Of a DNA stretch of 64,000 nucleotides, positions 33,778-46,300 are shown one piece after another. Each line of letters opens with the position of its first letter. Positions within the stretch are counted from its first letter, which is position 1. The DNA lies in assembly GCA_027923505.1 (NCBI GenBank), contig BROI01000007.1:620001-684000 (forward strand), written 5' to 3'. Origin of the DNA: Mayamaea pseudoterrestris. Its lineage: Eukaryota. The notes beneath the pieces are model-generated. The model was not told the origin of the DNA, did no database searches, and saw only the letters and a list, made by a program, of their open reading frames with translations. A program made the position numbers and the translations under genes.

Positions 33778-36700
33778 ATGTCTTCGACGAGCAATACTCC
33801 GACGACAGGAGCGGCGTCGAGCGGTGGAGGTGCACCTCCCGCTCCGCCAGCAAGCGAAGGAAACCGACGCAACCGTCATTATCGTCGTGGGAATCGTGCT
33901 GGGAATCGTTCCGGGAATCAAGGCAATGGTAACAGACTCAACGGACCGAGTCGTGCGCCGAGTGGAAATTTCCAAGGAAGCGAGCCGACGCTCGCTGGAT
34001 TCATCTACGACTATAACGGTTCGCGCGATCCCGATGGATTCATCCGTACGACGAACGAGATCATCACTTTCGTCGGGCGCTCCTACAAGAAATATACCAA
34101 GGAGCTGCTCAAGGGCATGCGCAACGTGGAACTGGAGATTCCTGACGAGCCTGCACGTCCAACGAAGGATGCCGACACGACGGACTCGGACTGGTCCATA
34201 ATGCTCGAGGAATACAAGGCCGACAAGAAAGAGCATGTCGAGCGCGTGCGTGTATACTCCGACTTCCTCGCTGGTCTCTACGCCGTGTTGCATGGACAAT
34301 GCACGGAGCGTATGAAGGATCGTGTCAAGTCGCACGCCAAGTTCCGAGACGCCGAGGAGGACACGGACGGAATTAAGTTGCTGGCGATTATCAAGGAGAT
34401 CTCGCATACGTACGAAGGGCGCTGCAAACTTGTGGATCAAGTCGTGGACATTCAAGCTGAGTTGTTCGGACGTACTCAAGGAGCGCGCGAAAGCCTGCAG
34501 AAATATTACGAAAGCATGGTCACGCTGGCAGACGTGGCGAAGGCGGTTGGCGTCACGATGCACAACGAGATTGTGGCGTTGAACATTGCCAAGGATGACA
34601 ATCGTAACAAGGCGAACAAGGAGGATATCAAGGCCGCCGAAGAGCTCGAGCTTGCGATGCTTTTCGTGCGTGGCGCAACGGGCGAATACGCTGGGTATTG
34701 CAAGCACTTGCGCAACTGCTACCTCGACGGGCACGACAACTTCCCGTTGACGATCCACGATGCATACAACATCATGCAGCGTCGTGAGCATGCGGATGGA
34801 GAAGCCACGTTGCCAACGAACGAGGGCGTGGCGTTTCACACGACTGGTACAGCGCGTGACCCTCCCAGATGCTGGACCTGTCAACAGGTTGGTCATGTGC
34901 AGCGAGACTGTCCTACGAGAACGGAGTCTACGGAGAGTGCGCCGGCTGCAGAGGCTAGTGGGGCGCAGCACTTCACGCTGGGTAGCGAGGAAGAAAGCGA
35001 TGACGACGATGAGGTCGGATACATGTTCGCGCAGCCGCCGAAGGTGAACATCTCGAAGAAGGCTGTGCTCTTGGACAATCAGTCGACAGTGGATCTGTTC
35101 TGCAACGCCAAGATGCTGACGAACATTCGCCCGGTGCCAACGTGGATGGTGATCAAGTGCAACGCTGGTACAGTAAGGACGAACATGATGGGCGACCTGG
35201 AGGGCTATGGTCCGGTGTGGTGGTATCCGCAGGGACTGGCGAACATTTTGAGTTTGGCGCAAGTCCGCAAGAAGTTTACCGTGGAGTATCTCATGCACGG
35301 CGTGGATCGTCCAATGTTCGTTGTGGAGAAGCCGGATGGTAAGCAGCGAGAGTTTGTCGAGACTGACTCTGGGCTGTATGTTTGCGAGAGCTTTTCGAAG
35401 GGCAAGCGCAGCGATGTCAAGGATGGAGTGGCGATGTTGACTACGGTAGACGATAACCGTACTAACTACACCAATGATGACTATTTACGCGCTGTTAGAG
35501 CTAGGGAACTGCAAATCAAAATTGGACGGCCAAGCCTCAAGGATTACCTGCGCATCGTTACTAGCAATCAGTTGCCGAACTGTCCTGTGACGAAGGCCGA
35601 CATCCTGGCTGCTGAGCACATCTTTGGACCAGATGTTGGCTCGTTAAAAGGAAAGACGACGCGTCGCGCGTCGCATCTGGTGAAGCCTGCGATTGTTGAG
35701 CAGCTTCCACCGGCTATCATGAGTCGCTATCGAGACGTTACTCTTTGTGCTGACATCATGTATATCAACAAAGTCCCTATGTTGGTGACGTTCTCCCGCA
35801 GCATTCGTTTTGCTACGGTTGAGGTGATTCAAAACCGTACGCTTCCGGTTATGTTGAAGGCAATCGAGTCTGTGTTGAAGATTTACGCACGCGGTGGGTT
35901 CCGTGTCGTCGCGGCTCTGATGGATGGGGAGTTCGCTCCAATGCTTGGCGCGTTGGCTGATCTCGGAGTGGCGCTCAATGCGACATCTGAGGATGAACAC
36001 GTTGGCGAAATTGAACGTTTTATCCGTGTCGTGAAAGAACGGGTGCGCGCGACATACAACACGTTGCCATTTAAGCACGTGCCGGCACGCTTGGTTATCG
36101 AAATGACGAAGTCTGCCGTGTTTTGGTTGAATGCGTTTCCGAACGAGCGTGGCATTTCGAAGGATCTCAGTCCACGCACTATTGTGACTGGTCAGACAGT
36201 TGACTTTAATCGGCATTGCAAGTATGAATTTGGTCAGTATGTGCAAACGCATGAGTCGCACAGCAATGACATGCAGGCGCGCACGATCGGTGCGCTGGCT
36301 CTGCGCCCGACTGGTAATGTGCAGGGTGGGTTTTATTTCCTCAGTTTGTCTTCGGGCAAAGTTCTGAATCGTGGGCACGCTACGCCTTTGCCCATGCCTG
36401 ATGATGTCATTGAGCGCGTGCATCGTCTCGCTCGTCAACAGAAGGCCAATCCGGGCATCGTGTTCATGGACCGCCACCGTGTTGCGGAGGCTGCTGAGCC
36501 AGTCATGTGGCACGAAGATGACGCCGAGGATGATGATGACTCTGATTATGATGACGACGCTTCTCGCGGTGACGACGACTCTGCCGGCGGAAGCGAAGGA
36601 GTGAATGCGACCGATGACGACGACGACGACGACGATGGTGCTGACGGCGCAATCGAAGGAGTGCCGAACGACGAGGATGGTGAGGCCATTGACGGCGAAC

Positions 36701-38624
36701 TTGACGACGCGCCAGCCGTGGATGATGGCGAAATTGAAGGAGTGCCCGATGAAGGCGAAATTGAAGGAGTGCCAGCTGCTGCAGACGAAGAGGATTTCGA
36801 TGCGCGCTATGGCCCACGCACTGGTCGGTATGGCCTGCGTGCGCGCAAACCTCGCTCGTTCGCTCATTTGTTCACGCTCGACGCTGCAGAGGAAGTGTCG
36901 GAGCCACTCGTCACGGCACAGATGAATATGCGACAAGGTTTAAAGGCTTTTGGCGATGCTGGAGTGGAGGCAGTGCGCAAGGAAATGCAGCAGCTACACG
37001 ACAGGCACGTCATGAAGGCAGTCCCCAATGCACTCTGACTCCGCAGCAGCGCAAGGACGCTCTGGCGTATTTGATGTTTCTCAAGCGCAAGAGATGCGGG
37101 ACTGTGAAGGGACGCGGATGCGCGGATGGACGCAAGCAACGAGCATACACTGCAAAGGAAGACGCAGCATCTCCAACGATAGCGACAGAGGCCATCTTTC
37201 TGACAGCTATCATTGACGCTATGGAAGGGCGCGAGGTTGCTGTGGTTGATGTACCGGGTGCTTTCATGCAAGCGGAAATGGATGAGTTGGTGCACGTTCG
37301 TTTCACTGGGAAGATGGTGGAGCTACTGTTGGAAATTGATCGCGAGATGTACGAGCCTTGCGTCACAATGGAGAATGGCGAGAAAGTCATGTATGTTGAA
37401 TTACTCATGGCGCTTTATGGTACGCTTCGAGCAGCGCGACTATTCTGGGAGAAGTTGTCCGCAAAATTGCTTGAGTGGGGCTTCGAGAAGAACCCGTACG
37501 ATCCGTGTGTGTGCAACAAGATTGTCAATGGGAAGCAAATCACCGTGGGATGGCACGTGGACGATTTGAAGATTTCGCACGTCGACGTGAGCGTAGTGGA
37601 TGAGTTCATCGCGCAGATGGATGAGGAGTTTGGCAAGGAGACTCCAATGAATAAGTCACGCGGAAAAGTGCACGACTACCTCGGCATGGTATTGGACTAT
37701 ACTAAGCCTGGAGAAGTAGCAATCAACATGGTTGACTATGTGAAGAACATCCTGCATCATGCGCCAGACGACATGGATGGAACGGCAGCTACTCCGGCAG
37801 CCAGTCACTTGTTTCAGATATCGGAAAATCCTGTCATGTTGAGCGAAGCGAAGAAGCAGATTTTTGTGACGATTGTGATGCAGTGTCTGTATCTGAGTCA
37901 GCGAGCGCGACCGGATATTCGCACAGCGATTTCTTTCTTGAGCACGAGGCTGCAGCAGCCTGACGAAGACGACTATAAGAAGGCTGCAAGAGTGATTAAA
38001 TATTTACGCGGAAGCGTGGACATGGTGTTGACGCTGAAGGCGGACCAGTCCGGGATAGTCCAGTGGTGGGTGGATGCGTCGTACGCGGTGCACCCAGACA
38101 TGAAGGGTCACACTGGTGGAACAATGACACTTGGCCAAGGATCAGTGTACAGTACGTCGGCTAAACAGAAGTTGGTAACAAGAAGCTCGACGGAGAGCGA
38201 AGTTGTGGGAGTTCATGATGTGCTACCGCAGTTGCTGTGGACAGGATATTTTCTGAAGGCGCAAGGTTTCGGGGTCAAAGACACGAAATTGTATCAAGAC
38301 AATATGAGTTCAATGCTGTTGGAAAAGAATGGCAGAAGCTCAAGTACAAAGCGCACGCGACACATGAATGTTCGGTACTTCTTTGTGAAAGATCGCGTGG
38401 CAGCTGGTGAAGTCAACATTGAGCATTGTCCGACCGGAGACATGGTCGCGGATTTCTTCACGAAACCATTGCAGGGAGCCCAGTTTGGCAAGCTCCGCAA
38501 CCTGGTTATGAATCTGGCCTCGAGCAGTAAGTACTACTCGGCCCAAAGGAGTGTGTTGAGCATGGATGAGAACCCAAACCGAAGCGGCAGCGGTGACGTC
38601 ACGAAGACGGTCACATTTAAGTAA
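33778..38624 (+). pseudogene. Gag-Pol of element 2 with a -1 frameshift near 37031
   Basis: CCHC knuckle CWTCQQVGHVQRDC, LLDNQST protease, ADIMY/MDGEF/EIER integrase, WHVDDLK RT, WVDASYA RNase H. Confidence 0.9.
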
Positions 38625-38764
38625 GCGCGGTAAGCGGCAACCGAAGGAGTGGATCGAGGACGATCACTTCTTGGAGAAAATAAGTAAAGTGGTTTTATTG
38701 ACTCTGTTCTGCTTAATCATTAGTGTCGCTTCAAGGGCGCGCAAGATATATTCTAGATCCAACA
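38554..38764 (+). repeat. 3' LTR of element 2 (211 bp)
   Basis: Direct repeat of the 5' LTR; carries the pol stop codon. Confidence 0.93.
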
Positions 38765-40210
38765 CTCTACCTCAGCGAAGAGTCTGGCTGGGGCGATGCA
38801 CCACATCCCATGGCAATCAGTACCGAAACAAAGGATGAAATTACCAACGAGTCAAGTGGTCGCGGCTTGCTAGCGCGTCGAGACATTAACGAGGGCGACG
38901 AGCTTCTCCGCATTCCAATGAACATGTGCTTGACAAAAAAGGCTGCGCGAAAGGCGCTCGGCAAGGATGCACTTGATGAAGGTATTAATGAATACTTGGC
39001 CATTGCTTGTCACTTGATTCACGAAAAATTCGTTGAGGGCAAGGCATCCACGTGGAAGGCCTATCTTGACATTTTGCCCGACGTGCAGGAAGTGAACCCG
39101 ACCTTTACCTGGAGCGACGAGGACTTGTCATTCTTGGAAGGCTCGCCTGTTGTGGCCGCCACCAAGTCTCTGCAGCTAAAGCTTCGGAGGGAATACGATG
39201 CACTACTTGGAGGAGAGACTGGCCTGATTGCCAAGTTTCCGGATCGATTTCCTGCCGACCGTTTTACATACGAGAATTGGGTTTGGGCATTTACCATGTT
39301 GTTCAGTAGAGCTATTCGTCTCCGAAACCTTCGGCAGGGAGAGACTCTTGCAATGGTTCCATATGTGGACCTCATTAATCATTCTCCCTTTTCACAAGCC
39401 TACGTGGACGCACGCGAAACTGGTGACTGGCTCTTCAAAACCGGCGAAGAGGAAGTCATTCTCTACGCGGATAGAAGGTATCGACGCATGGAACAAGTCT
39501 ACATTTCGTATGGACCAAAATCGAACGCAGATTTGCTTCTACTTTACGGATTTGCAGTGGAGCGCAACCCGTTCAACTCGGTCGACGTGACCGTCTCAAT
39601 TGCACCTCGAACGGCGTCCTTTGTCGCGGAACTCAACGACGATAGCATTCCCATTGACCCGTTGGCGGAACAAAAGATGGCCTTCCTTGAGCAAGTCGGT
39701 CGAGAAGAGACGGTCGACTTTCCTTGCTATGCTGATCGATACCCGACGGAGCTGCTCGAATATTTACGATTGATGCAAATGACACCGGAGGATACGCGCG
39801 GAAAGGACTTGTCAGAGTTTGACTATAGTCGAACCATTTCCCCCGCGAATGAAGCAGCAGTACTAAACTCGGTCATTACCGCCATTAAGCGACAGCTGAG
39901 CAAGTACCCGCAGTCAGAGGATGATGACGCAGCCATTATCAAGGACAAGGGTCTCTTTCGTTTATTGTCGTACAATCAGAGAATGGCAGTGCGCCACCGC
40001 CGAAACGAAAAGCGATTACTGAAACGAACCATTGCTGCATTGGAGCGCCAACTCAAGCAGCAGGGACTTGATGATGAGGATCTTGCACGCGCCGATGGAA
40101 GTACGCTGGGCAAGGTATTGCCTGGCGATCAGCGTAAGTTTGGAACAAAGCAAAAGACGGCACTGGAAGATCGGCTAGAGAAGCTGGGCCTGCCAGTTGA
40201 TATTCGATAA
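38765..40210 (+). CDS. SET-domain Rubisco-LSMT-family lysine methyltransferase, N-terminus apparently replaced by LTR
   Basis: GRGLLARRDI, FSRA, MVPYVDLINHS, QVYISYGPKSNADLLLLYGF; frame is open back into the LTR; first in-frame ATG at 38810. Confidence 0.9.
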   Translation, partial: LYLSEESGWGDAPHPMAISTETKDEITNESSGRGLLARRDINEGDELLRIPMNMCLTKKAARKALGKDALDEGINEYLAIACHLIHEKFVEGKASTWKAYLDILPDVQEVNPTFTWSDEDLSFLEGSPVVAATKSLQLKLRREYDALLGGETGLIAKFPDRFPADRFTYENWVWAFTMLFSRAIRLRNLRQGETLAMVPYVDLINHSPFSQAYVDARETGDWLFKTGEEEVILYADRRYRRMEQVYISYGPKSNADLLLLYGFAVERNPFNSVDVTVSIAPRTASFVAELNDDSIPIDPLAEQKMAFLEQVGREETVDFPCYADRYPTELLEYLRLMQMTPEDTRGKDLSEFDYSRTISPANEAAVLNSVITAIKRQLSKYPQSEDDDAAIIKDKGLFRLLSYNQRMAVRHRRNEKRLLKRTIAALERQLKQQGLDDEDLARADGSTLGKVLPGDQRKFGTKQKTALEDRLEKLGLPVDIR

Positions 40211-40498
40211 AGTAAACGGTTTAGATGGTACTCAGGATCACACTATCAACTCGCCCTATGTAGCTACCAGAAATAAATTGGTCGCAAGGGAGTATCCGAA
40301 ACGTCAAAACCCCTGCGACATTTTGTGACACCTCGCTGATTGCGTTGATGCGACAATGGCCAAGAGCTTCCCATCGGCAAGCATTCACTCACCTTTACTA
40401 CGCCAAGCACCTTCAGCAAAAAATCAAGCATCTTTGATCGTCGGCAGTAAAAATTGTTGTTTAGCTTGAGAAGGAGATTCTACTATAGACTAAAGATC

Positions 40499-42091
40499 AT
40501 GATTCAGCAGCAGGCAGCTGGCCGTCGCTGTCACTTCGCCTTCTTGCTCATGTCGTGGCTTCTTGCAAATCCAAGCTCGGCCTTTTCACCTATATGCTCG
40601 TCATTGTCAAGTCAACGGATGCATTCTCGATACATGGTAGGAGACGTTGGGACGGACATTATTGATTCATCCGACCAGCCTGCTCGCACCAATGGTGCAG
40701 ACGACTCACCTTCACTGTCATTACTCTCAATCGACATGAACAATGATCCGACACTGAGCCCCAACTACCATCGCAAACGTCGCATGGCAGTTGCAGCGAC
40801 CGGGCTAGTTGGACAGGCTGCTCAAATTTATTCTCGCTATTTGAGTCGTCTATGGAAGGAAACAAACATTGAAGCTCGCACGCAGTCGAGTCAAAAGAAG
40901 ATTGCCACTAGCATTCGACAACTCAATCAACTGCTCACGAATCAAGAAAAGAAGTTGAATCTATCATCGACGACTGCAGCAGATGCTGCAAAGGATGCCA
41001 TTCTCATTGCTCGCAAGGTGCAGGGAGCTTGTCAAGACTACTTGGACTACGAATCGCTGACGCAGCTGCAAGCAGACGTACTGGTACCATTGACAGCACC
41101 TGCGCCTGCATCCATTCCACTGCCCGTGAAAGCCAAGACACGCCGATCCATTGGCTTTGGTGCACTCATGGGCCTGGCTGTCGCAGGCATGGTGTTCAGT
41201 GGCAATTACGTTTTCACTGGCATTTTTACGCTCATGGCCGTTCTTGGACAGCTCGAGTATTACCGCATGGTCATGAACACTGGTGTCTTGCCGGCTCGAC
41301 GCATCAGTATACTTGGATCGGCTAGCATGTTCATCACAGCACTGGTGGCGCCATCGCTGCACGAGGTTTGTTTGCCCCTGTTTGGTTTGTATACCATGAT
41401 TTGGTTCCTCACCATGCGACGGACCGTGAGCACCATTCCAGAGATTGCAACCACATTCTCCGGCATGTTTTACCTTGGCTACGTTCCAAGCTTTTGGGTG
41501 CGCATTCGACAAACGGGCAGTCAATTGCCGCTGCAGCCAAGTCTTGCTCCGTGGGCAGCGCCGTACGTGACGGCCATGACGAGCAAGATTCAGTCGTTTA
41601 TTCCAGCTTTCGTCTTGCCAGCCATTCACTTGCCAATTACGAGTGGAGCAATCTTTATCTTTTGGACATGGCTTTGCATTGCTTTTTCTGATGTTGGTGC
41701 GTATTTCGCGGGTGTCAGCTTTGGCAAAACCAAGCTCGGTCAAATATCACCGGCTGCCGGTGAAGCCTCGCCCAACAAGACGGTGGAAGGCGTCCTGGGC
41801 GGCTGCTTTGTCAGTGGAATGCTTGGAATACTCGGTGCCTGGGCGCAGCGGTGGCCGCACTTTGTCGTAACGGGTGCAGCGCACGGTGTCATGCTTGCCT
41901 TGTGCGGTTTGATTGGCGACTTAACAGCGTCCATGCTCAAGCGCGATGCTGGACTAAAAGACTTTGGAGACTTGTTGCCGGAACATGGAGGCATTATGGA
42001 TCGAGTCGATAGCTACATTTGGACGGCACCGTACAGCTGGTGGGTCATATCGTTTGCACTGCCAGCTCTGAGGCGGTATGTAGGTGCTTGA
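40499..42091 (+). CDS. Phosphatidate cytidylyltransferase (CDP-DAG synthase), probably plastid-targeted
   Basis: SDVGAYFAG, SPNKTVEG, GDLTASMLKRDAGLKDFGDLLPEHGGIMDRVDS; SSA-F presequence. Confidence 0.94.
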   Translation: MIQQQAAGRRCHFAFLLMSWLLANPSSAFSPICSSLSSQRMHSRYMVGDVGTDIIDSSDQPARTNGADDSPSLSLLSIDMNNDPTLSPNYHRKRRMAVAATGLVGQAAQIYSRYLSRLWKETNIEARTQSSQKKIATSIRQLNQLLTNQEKKLNLSSTTAADAAKDAILIARKVQGACQDYLDYESLTQLQADVLVPLTAPAPASIPLPVKAKTRRSIGFGALMGLAVAGMVFSGNYVFTGIFTLMAVLGQLEYYRMVMNTGVLPARRISILGSASMFITALVAPSLHEVCLPLFGLYTMIWFLTMRRTVSTIPEIATTFSGMFYLGYVPSFWVRIRQTGSQLPLQPSLAPWAAPYVTAMTSKIQSFIPAFVLPAIHLPITSGAIFIFWTWLCIAFSDVGAYFAGVSFGKTKLGQISPAAGEASPNKTVEGVLGGCFVSGMLGILGAWAQRWPHFVVTGAAHGVMLALCGLIGDLTASMLKRDAGLKDFGDLLPEHGGIMDRVDSYIWTAPYSWWVISFALPALRRYVGA

Positions 42092-42092
42092 G

Positions 42093-42116
42093 TGAATGAA
42101 TGAATGAATGAATGAA
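42093..42116. repeat. (TGAA)6 microsatellite
   Basis: Directly visible just after the stop codon. Confidence 0.9.
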
Positions 42117-42447
42117 TTGCCGACAGCGTTCCTCAGCAGCCAGCCGGCCTTTAGAAATAACATTCTATAGATGCTAACATATAGTTTATATACGCCACTC
42201 TCATATTCATAGTAAATGTATGCCTTTTCATGTACTTAACTGGTCTTTACTCGTCAGCCAATGTAGGCGAAGCTCAATTGATGGTAGCTCGCAAGGCGCG
42301 CTGGCGCGCCATTTTCGAAACGCAGAAACGAAGACTTCTCCGTGTTCTGTTGCTGCATTGTAAGCAATAGGTGAACGTAAGAATGACAAGGATGTACTGC
42401 CGACAACGACTTTGACTAGAGAAGAAGACAATCGTTATAACAAACCA

Positions 42448-43098
42448 ATGGTGTTTTGTTTTGGAGGTGGCTCGCAAGAAAATGGAACGCCAGCAGACGG
42501 CACGTACGGTTCTGCGACTTCGTTCCAGCAGCAGCAGCCAGAACCCAGTGCACCAGAGTTACCATTACAACTACCAACGTGCTCCTCTCGATGTTACGAT
42601 TTTTCAATCGCCTGCTCTCCGGACCTGGCGCCAATGCCTTGGGCATGCATCAATTTTGTTTGCCTCTTGTGGAGCACATTGCTCATTTTTGCCATTTACC
42701 AAACCGAAGGTCCATTGGAACGAGTCTTTGGAACGCAACTGTACCTTTCCTGGAACTTGGTGACTACCATTATCTGGTGCTTTGAGATTGGTCTCATTGT
42801 CACGTATCGAAAAACCAAGTCGACCTATATCAACTGGTTGGAGCTCGTCGCTGCCGTTTACTTTTTCCAAGACTCAATCACACTCATGCAACTTGTTTTT
42901 TCCATGGAACCAGACGATGACATTCAAGGAGAAGTACTGGATGCAGTCATTAATGCATTTGCATATCTTTATCAGTTTGTTGATTCGCTCTACTTGTATT
43001 CGCAACGCGCTCGGCGAGAACGAAATGAGCCGGTGGAGTACTTGTCGGATGCGCTCATGCGCACGCATCAAAACAATAACGCTGAAGACTTTTACTAG
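42448..43098 (+). CDS. Hypothetical multi-pass membrane protein
   Basis: About 215-aa ORF with several hydrophobic segments. Confidence 0.6.
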   Translation: MVFCFGGGSQENGTPADGTYGSATSFQQQQPEPSAPELPLQLPTCSSRCYDFSIACSPDLAPMPWACINFVCLLWSTLLIFAIYQTEGPLERVFGTQLYLSWNLVTTIIWCFEIGLIVTYRKTKSTYINWLELVAAVYFFQDSITLMQLVFSMEPDDDIQGEVLDAVINAFAYLYQFVDSLYLYSQRARRERNEPVEYLSDALMRTHQNNNAEDFY

Positions 43099-43310
43099 CC
43101 AGACTTGGGGAACATGCCCGGGATGATGTTAACGAATAGCAGACACCCGCGCCTGCTGTGAATCATTTGCGAGCGAGCAACAAGCGGACCAGCGTTATGA
43201 TTGCGCTTCGCCGCCGACCGGCCATACGCTACGCATGCCCTTGTGCACAAGCATTACCATTAGAAGCGTTGTGGCTACGTTATAAGAACTGGCATTAACA
43301 CACCCTTAAA

Positions 43311-46300
43311 TTAGTACGATCGGCCCCATAGAACCCAGCACGTCGCCTCTAGGCCGCTGGCAATGCACTTGGTGCCAGCTGGCAGCTCGGGCTGCTTGAA
43401 TGGGATACACAGCGTCTTGGCCGCCACACTTGTAGCAGTCTTTTCATCCTCGACTTCTTCGCCGCGAGCCTTTAGACTTTCCTCGCGACTTGTCTTTTTG
43501 ACCCATTCCTCCCATTCCTCGTGTTCGCCTCCACACCAAGGCGTCAACACGAGATTGTTCTTTTCAAGGTTTGGAACGAAATCCTTCCATTCCGTAATTT
43601 GCACGACGTGGTCGTCGCGAGCAGCCTTGGCCTTTTCAAACATTTTCGACTGAATGTCGTCCAGCATTGCCTTGACATGCGCACCAAGACCATCCACGGA
43701 AACGTCATCCTTGGAACCATCATGGCGTACGCAAATGCGCACCATCTTTTGTTCAATGTCGCGTGGACCGACTTCAATACGAAGTGGAACTCCCTTTTGC
43801 TCCCAGTGATTGTACTTCCAGCCTGGGTTGTAAATGGTGCGATCGTCAAACTTGACACGAATGCCGCTCGACTTTAGCTCCTGCAAAACAGTCTCGCAAT
43901 ACGGTTTGGCGTCTTCGTAGGTTAGCTTCTTGCTAATAATGGGGACGATCACAACCTGAAGTGGAGCAATACGTGGAGGAAGGACAAGTCCTTGGTCGTC
44001 GCCGTGTACCATGACCATGACACCAATGGTTCGAGTGGTCAGACCCCAGGATGTTTGCCACGCGATTTGAGATTGACCAGCCTCGTCTTGGAAGCGAATG
44101 TCAAACATTTTTCCAAAGTTCTGACCGAGGTTGTGAGAGGTGGCACCCTGGATCGCTCGTCCTGATCCCGCAATGTACGCTTCGACAGTCGTAGTTCTAA
44201 AGCCGCCGGCAAACTTTTCCTTTTCCGTCTTGTATCCAGGAACGACTGGAACTGCCAATAGCTCCTCGTACACACGGCGGTACAATTCTAGCGCCTGCAT
44301 GACCGTTTCGTCTGCTTCTTCAAACGTTGAGTGAGCAGTATGACCTTCCTGCCAAAGAAACTCACGCGTTCGGAGAAATGGCGTCGGATACTTGAATTCC
44401 CAGCGAACAACGTTGCTCCACTGATTGATCTTGAGCGGCAAGTCTCGATGACTCTTGATCCAATCACTATAGGCTGGATACATGATTGTCTCGGAGGTTG
44501 GTCGAACCGCAATAGGCTTGGCGAGGTCGCCCTCGCCGCTCTTCGTCACCCACGCCACTTCTGGCGCGAAACCTTCCACATGATCCTTCTCCTTCTCTAG
44601 TCTGTCCTTGGATACAAACATGGGAAAGTACGCATTCTCAACGTCCATTGCTTCAATCTTTTCGTTGAACCAATTCTGAATGAGCTCCCACATTTTGTAC
44701 GACCATGGACGCAAAATATAGCAGCCGGATATGTCGTAGTAGCTGATCATTTCCGACAAGACAATGACATCGCTGTACCACATTGGGAAATTCTCTTCCT
44801 TCTTCCATTGCAACGCAAGCAGAGTGTCGCCCTTTTTGGTAGACTTTTTGTTTTCGGTATTCTTCTCCTTTTTTGGCTGCGCCTGCTGCGGTTCCTTGGG
44901 AGCCTCCTTGCTCGCCGGCGGACGATTGGCGGGAAGCTTTCCTCCTTCAACAGCCTCGGTAAACTCAAGGATTGTCGGTTTGACACCAGCCTTGTCTAAA
45001 AACTCGAGCAGGGCTGTTGGAGTCATTTGCACAGACATGTCGTTGCGCAGCGGATGCGAGTGGATGTACTCCTTGTCGAGCAACGACTTGTCCAAAACGA
45101 GCGTAATGGGGTCTTTTTCATCTTGCTCCGCGACTCCCATGCACAAGGGTCCAACGCAGCCCGGCTTGGCCTTTAACTGCTGCAGCAAGGACGCTTCATC
45201 CGCCAAGCGCAAGTTGGTCTTGCCCGGCAAGTTGAGCATTTTGCCAAGCTCCTTGGTCTGCACGACGCTGGTTGGACTGACAGTAATGAGAAAGCTGCCA
45301 TGTTTCTTGTCACGCAGAAACAGATTTTTGGTATGTGAATGCAATGGCGAAGCTAGTGGAACCTTGGAGACGAGCTCGTCGGCCGTCATGCACAGTGCGT
45401 GCGTGTAGGTTGTGTGCGGAATCTCGTGCTGCTTGAGTAGCTGCAAGACGAAATTCTGGTCGTCTGTTTCAAAAGCAGCGTCTGCTGCAGCTGGAGCACT
45501 TGCAGCTTGAGTCTTTGGTTCGGACGAAGCGACGACTGCTGTTGGAGCTTTTACAGGAGCGGGAGCAGCTTTCGTTTCTACGTTAGCTACTGGCGCCGAC
45601 GTCGCCTTTTCAGCTTGCTGCACTGGTTTCGCTCGCTCCGCCTTTACCAATGGACTCGCTTCTCCTTCCTTTAATTCGTTGATAGCTTTTGCCAAGAATG
45701 CATCCTTTGATACCGCCTGTAGCTGATGCAAGACTGTCATGCACAGTCGATGCACCTGCTGCGGAACAGCGAGACTTTTTTCGAGCGCAAAACTGGCAAT
45801 GGCCACCACCACGCAAACGTCCGCAACCGTTGCGTACGTTCCCGTCAAGTAGGTGCCGTCGTTTTCGAATAAAAACGTTTCGACTGATTGAATGAAGTCC
45901 TTCCAATGATGTTCAAGTCGGACTGTTGTATATTAATGAAAATGCGCGAGAGCGTGAGCACATTTTCATGGTCTATCTCGTACCTACAAGAGTAACCCTA
46001 TGCTGCAACTATACGTACCATCCAATGCAGCTCCTCCTTTATTACTATTGCTGCGCAGCAAGTGCAAGACGGACAAGTCGACAGACTCCAACCAACTTTC
46101 CACCATATGTTGCTCCACCTGATTGCTACTTGCCTGAGGCGGCCACAGAATGAGCAAGGAGGAAACAATGCTGACACCCACTTGTTCAATCACTTGGCCG
46201 CTGAAGGGATGCCGGCTAGTGGCAACAAGTGACGTCTTGTCGGATGCTTTTAACTCTAGTGCTTGCTCGGACAAACCTTGGGCGGCAGCCGTGAGCTCGA

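Larger units (their letters stand above)
33554..38764 (+). mobile_element. Ty1/copia (CoDi-like) LTR retrotransposon 2, chimeric LTRs, no TSD
   Basis: TGTTG...CAACA LTRs at 33554-33750 and 38554-38764, gag-PR-INT-RT-RH, purine tract AAAGGAG just before the 3' LTR. Confidence 0.95.

Noticed and set aside
36721..36774. 27-bp tandem duplication (DDGEIEGVP/DEGEIEGVP)
   Set aside because: Ordinary low-complexity INT-RT linker expansion
33739..36936. Long antisense ORFs (519 and 430 aa) in element 2
   Set aside because: Shadow frames of a codon-biased gag-pol with no recognisable motifs
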